NCBI GenBank assembly: GCA_051942245.1 | Contig: JAVECL010000019.1 | Coordinates: 1 to 64,000, forward strand | Source of the DNA: Trypethelium eluteriae | Taxonomy: Eukaryota | Length of the DNA stretch: 64,000 nucleotides | Direction of reading: 5' to 3' | Shown: one piece after another, positions 60,070 through 64,000 of the stretch | Position numbering within the stretch: position 1 is the stretch's first letter | Layout of the letters: each line of letters opens with the position of its first letter | Program-made: the position numbers and the translations under genes | Notes under the pieces: model-generated | What the model was told of the DNA's origin: nothing | The model's input: the letters and a program-made list of their open reading frames with translations, nothing else | Databases searched by the model: none

Positions 60070-62674
60070 ATGATCTTCTTCGTTGTCTCCGTTTTCCTTC
60101 TGATCGCGGTTGCGAATGCCCAGAATGGTACCGGAGAGACGTATAACAACCCAATCAGTTCGGGCTTTGGCAACTGGTCACAAGCTTACGAGAAGGCGAG
60201 AGCATTTGTCTGCCAATTGACCTTGACAGAGAAGGTCAATCTTACTACACAGACAGGAACTGGAGCAACCTATGGTTACGAGCTCGGCATCATCCCGCGG
60301 CTGGGCTTTCGTGGTCTTGCGCTCGACGACTCTCCAACTGGAGTACGGGGCACTGACTATTCTTCCGCTTATGCAGCTGGATTGAACTTGGCTATGTCCT
60401 GGGATCGGGACCTCATGTTTCTTCAATCCTATGGCAATGGAGCTGAGCATAAAGCCAAGGGGAATAATGCGGCGTACGCACCTGTCGTGGGACCGCTTGG
60501 CCGAGCACCAGAGGGTGGCCGAATCTGGGAAAGTTATTCTCCTGATCCGTATCTGTCCGGCGTTGCTTTTGGCCAATCAATCGCTGGCATGCAGGCTGGA
60601 GGTACGATCGCCATTGGCAAGCATTTTGTATTGTACGAACAGGAACACTTCCGACAAGTCAGGGAATGGAACGATTACGGAATACTATCGTTCAATATCA
60701 CGCAGCCATATTCTGCCAATTGCGATGATAGAACGCTGCACGAACTGTACTTGTGGCCCTGGTACGATGGCGTATACAACGGAATGGGAGGAGTAATGTG
60801 CTCCTATAACCAGGTCAACAACACGCAGTCTTGCCAGAATACTCGCCTGCTAAATGACATCCTCAAAGGCGAAATGGGGTTCCAGGGTTTTATAGTAAGC
60901 GACGACGGAAGTCAGCACAGTGGCGTCTTATCTGCAATCGCAGGTATGGACATGACCATCCTGGGCGAAACGTCGCCAAACGGGATCGTAAGTTGAATGG
61001 GTCCAAGCAAAATCTCGATGTGCTAATAGTGTGCAGGACGGGCTAGGAATCTCCTTTTGGGGCCCGAACCTGACAACTTCCGTCCTGAATGGTAGCGTTC
61101 CTGAGTGGCGGCTGGACGATATGGCAACTCGCATCATGGCCTCATTTTTCTACCTCGGGCAAGACGAAAACTTTCCAGAGCTAAATTTTGCCCAAGGCTA
61201 TCTTCCCACTTTCGGGTACGAATACCCTACAGCCAAGGTAGACTACACTCAGGTCAACGAACACGTAGATGTCCGAGATGCGCATGCTCAAACAATTCGA
61301 GCTGTCGGGTCAAACTCCATCGTACTATTGAAGAATGTCAACGAAACGTTGCCCCTATCGGCACCAAGACAAATGGCAGTCATTGGCGAGGATGCAGGTC
61401 CAAGTATGTACGGACCCAATGGCTGCTCAGACCGGGGCTGCGACAATGGAACTCTCGCCATGGGATGGGGCAGCGGCTCTACCAACTTCCCATATCTTGT
61501 CGACCCCTTGTCTGCAATACAAGCCCGTGCTTTACAGGATAGAACGGTTGTGCAATATGTGCTCAACAACTACGCGAGTGCCACCATCGCTTCCGTAGTC
61601 CAGCAAGCCAGCGTCTGTCTTGTCTTCGCCAACGCAGACAGCGGAGAGGGATATATCGAAGTGGGCGGAAACTATGGAGATAGAAACAATCTGACCCTTT
61701 GGCTTGGTGGAGACACTCTCATCCAGGAAGTCGCGGCCAACTGCAGCAACACCGTCGTTGTCATTCATGCCCCCGGTCCCATTCTTATGGAAGACTGGAT
61801 TGACAATCCCAATGTCACTGCCGTGTTGTTTGCTGGTCTACCAGGTCAAGAAAGTGGCAACTCCCTTGTGGACGTGCTATACGGAGCTGTCAGTCCTTCA
61901 GGCAAGCTTCCTTGGACCATTGCAAAGAACCGCAGTGACTACGGAACGGATGTGCTCTACCAGCCGAACGCACCTGTTCCGCAGCTGAACTTCACAGAAG
62001 GCCTCTTCATCGATTATCGGCACTTCGACGATGCGGGGATCGAGCCTCGCTTCGAATTCGGATTCGGGCTCAGCTATACAAGCTTTCAGTATCAAAACTT
62101 GCAGATTTTGGCCTTATCTAACAATAAAACGACACTTGCCATGCCAACAACAACTGTCAATCCATCCATATGCCCAAGTCAGAGTCTCAATCCGTCAGAC
62201 TACACCTTTCCAGCCACTATTAGCTCGATAACAGACTATATTTATCCTTACATTGAAGCCAATACCAGTATTTATACACCGCAAGCCACACCTACGCCGA
62301 CGATCAACGCTGTCGCGGCTGGTGCACAGGGAGGTGATCCAGCCCTCTGGGATGTTCTTTATCGGGTACAGTTGCAATTAAATAACACTGGGTCAAAAGC
62401 CGGACAAGAAGTTTCCCAGTTGTATCTCGAACTCGGGAACGATACGCCACCTCGTCAACTCCGCGGCTTCAATAAGACGATGGTACAGCCAGGGGAAGCG
62501 CAAACGGTCACCTTTGATTTGCGCAGAAGGGACGTGAGCATCTGGGACATAGTCTCGCAGAGCTGGGTTGAGGTGACGAGTCTGGGAACAGACATTGGCG
62601 TTTTAGTAGGCGCAAGCTCTAGGAACCTACCGCTGAGAGGCGTCATACCGGCTCAAGGGGCACCGTACGTGTAG
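60070..62674 (+). CDS. Secreted glycoside hydrolase family 3 (beta-glucosidase-like)
   Basis: Signal peptide, LTLTEKVNL, GPLGRAPEGGR.WE, KHF..EQEHFR, DRTLHELYLWP, VMCSYNQVN, GFQGFIVSD, SGEGYI, GLPGQESGN, EGLFIDYRHF, FGFGLSYT and an Fn3-like end. One intron (~60988-61036). Confidence 0.95.
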
Positions 62675-63092
62675 AGGCAAGTAATGGTACGACCTATTCG
62701 TCAGACATCTAGTCCACGCCTACCTTGTCCGGGAGAGGGAGGCTAGTCGAGCGCGTTGAGTGGATTCGGCACTATCGCAGGGTTTGCTATGTGGTGAATT
62801 TCTAATGGACAGTTAGAAACGGACCGGAATAGTAGAGATCGATCTCCTTTCGATCTGTGAGGCTAGCCATTGTAGCGCAGGTCTTATAGGCCCAAGTAAA
62901 GATCGTGGAAAGACTTCTCGACACATTGCGGCCTGCTGTAGGGCTGGCCTCTCGTAGTGAGAACAGTAATTTTTGTATTCGTTAGCCTCGATATCTACGA
63001 GCTATACAACAAATTATCAGTGTCATATTCCTGCAGCACATTAAGCTCTTTGAATCTGTCCAGATCCGTGAATTTTCACGATACACTATCCA

Positions 63093-63766
63093 TCATGGCA
63101 GTGCACACGTCCAATCTTGGGTGGCCGGCAGATTTTCCGAGAATGGAATATTTGAGCTTTCCCTGAACTCTGCAATCTGCCGTTCCCCACCGAGATCCTC
63201 TACAACCACAAACACAGCATCGGTAAACCAAAGGTCAGTCCCAAGCAGTGTCGTACCCCCTTCCCATCCAGTCGCGTACACAAATCCTCCTTTATCTCCA
63301 CAAGAATTCGGTACGCCGACAGTAGTAAGGAAGCCGTGATCGAATTCTTTGAAGCTGGCGCCAATACTAGCATTGAAGCTCTTGTAAAGGGTCTTGAATC
63401 CGTCGAAGTCGAAGCGTGACTGGTTGAATGAGGCGAGGAGGGTTTTAGAGAACACGGCATCGTAGGCAACATCCCAGGCTCCGTTTGCTGGATAGGGAAA
63501 GAACTCTGATTACAGTTCATTAGTAATGTTTCATATTTGTGAGTATGGTACACCAACTATTGACCTGGCATTCGAGCCAGTTGCCGAGCTCTACAGATGC
63601 ATTCGCAGCAGTGGCCGTGCATGGGTCTTGTTGACGAGGAAGGATCGGCGAGGACGCGCTGGCGAAGGAACAGAGAGTGGCTATGACTGCTGCAATGATG
63701 AACGTCAACAATGAGGGCTCGTAATGCTTCAGGGACGGGCTTACCGGTTAAATAGAGGACACGCAT
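63093..63766 (-). CDS. Small secreted hypothetical protein (possible SnoaL/NTF2-like fold)
   Basis: MRVLYLT/AVIATLCSFASASSPILPRQQDPC... (signal peptide plus PR propeptide-like site). Two GT-AG introns join it to ORF 63093-63455 in frame. Confidence 0.7.
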
Positions 63767-64000
63767 TTTGAATTGGAACGAAGGTTGGGCCTCGTGCTGG
63801 TGATGGAGGCAGTGAAGAGAGGTAAGGCGTAACTGATGACTCGCACAGAATATTGTCTAGGGGAATCCAAGAAGATTCACTCAAGAGAGAGAACACTCAA
63901 ACGAATCGTATGCACACTGGTAGTGTGTATATATTGACATGACGTGCATGGGCCATTCAGTCATGGCAATCCGGGTCGGTGTGGCACTTCGCGGCGGTCG

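Overview
Eukaryotic DNA from a filamentous ascomycete (short GT-AG introns, typical Pezizomycotina gene families); it reads as an accessory/secondary-metabolism region. The centrepiece is a 16.3 kb intronless five-module NRPS (A-T-C x4, then A-T-CT; minus strand) whose single reading frame is broken by one in-frame TAA in the third adenylation domain. It is followed by an intact IPNS/HtyE-GloF-like 2-oxoglutarate/Fe(II) dioxygenase, a P450, an MFS sugar-porter-family transporter, an FAD monooxygenase, an SDR and a SAM methyltransferase. To the left are a pogo/Fot1-type transposon end, a secreted Cys/Ser/Thr-rich protein, two adjacent decayed purine-pathway paralogues (adenylosuccinate synthetase and a stand-alone GAR synthetase), and a head-to-head pair of a ubiquitin-like-domain AAA+ ATPase and a NACHT-like protein with dead Walker motifs. 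To the right are an NLR-like N-terminal-helical plus ankyrin protein with no NOD domain, a heme-thiolate peroxygenase next to two secreted GMC oxidoreductases, a truncated pogo transposase, a macro-domain protein, a Ysc84/SYLF protein, a GH3 glycosidase with an atypical active-site motif and a small secreted protein. All calls come from manual translation and motif recognition; no database searches were run, and exon boundaries are approximate.
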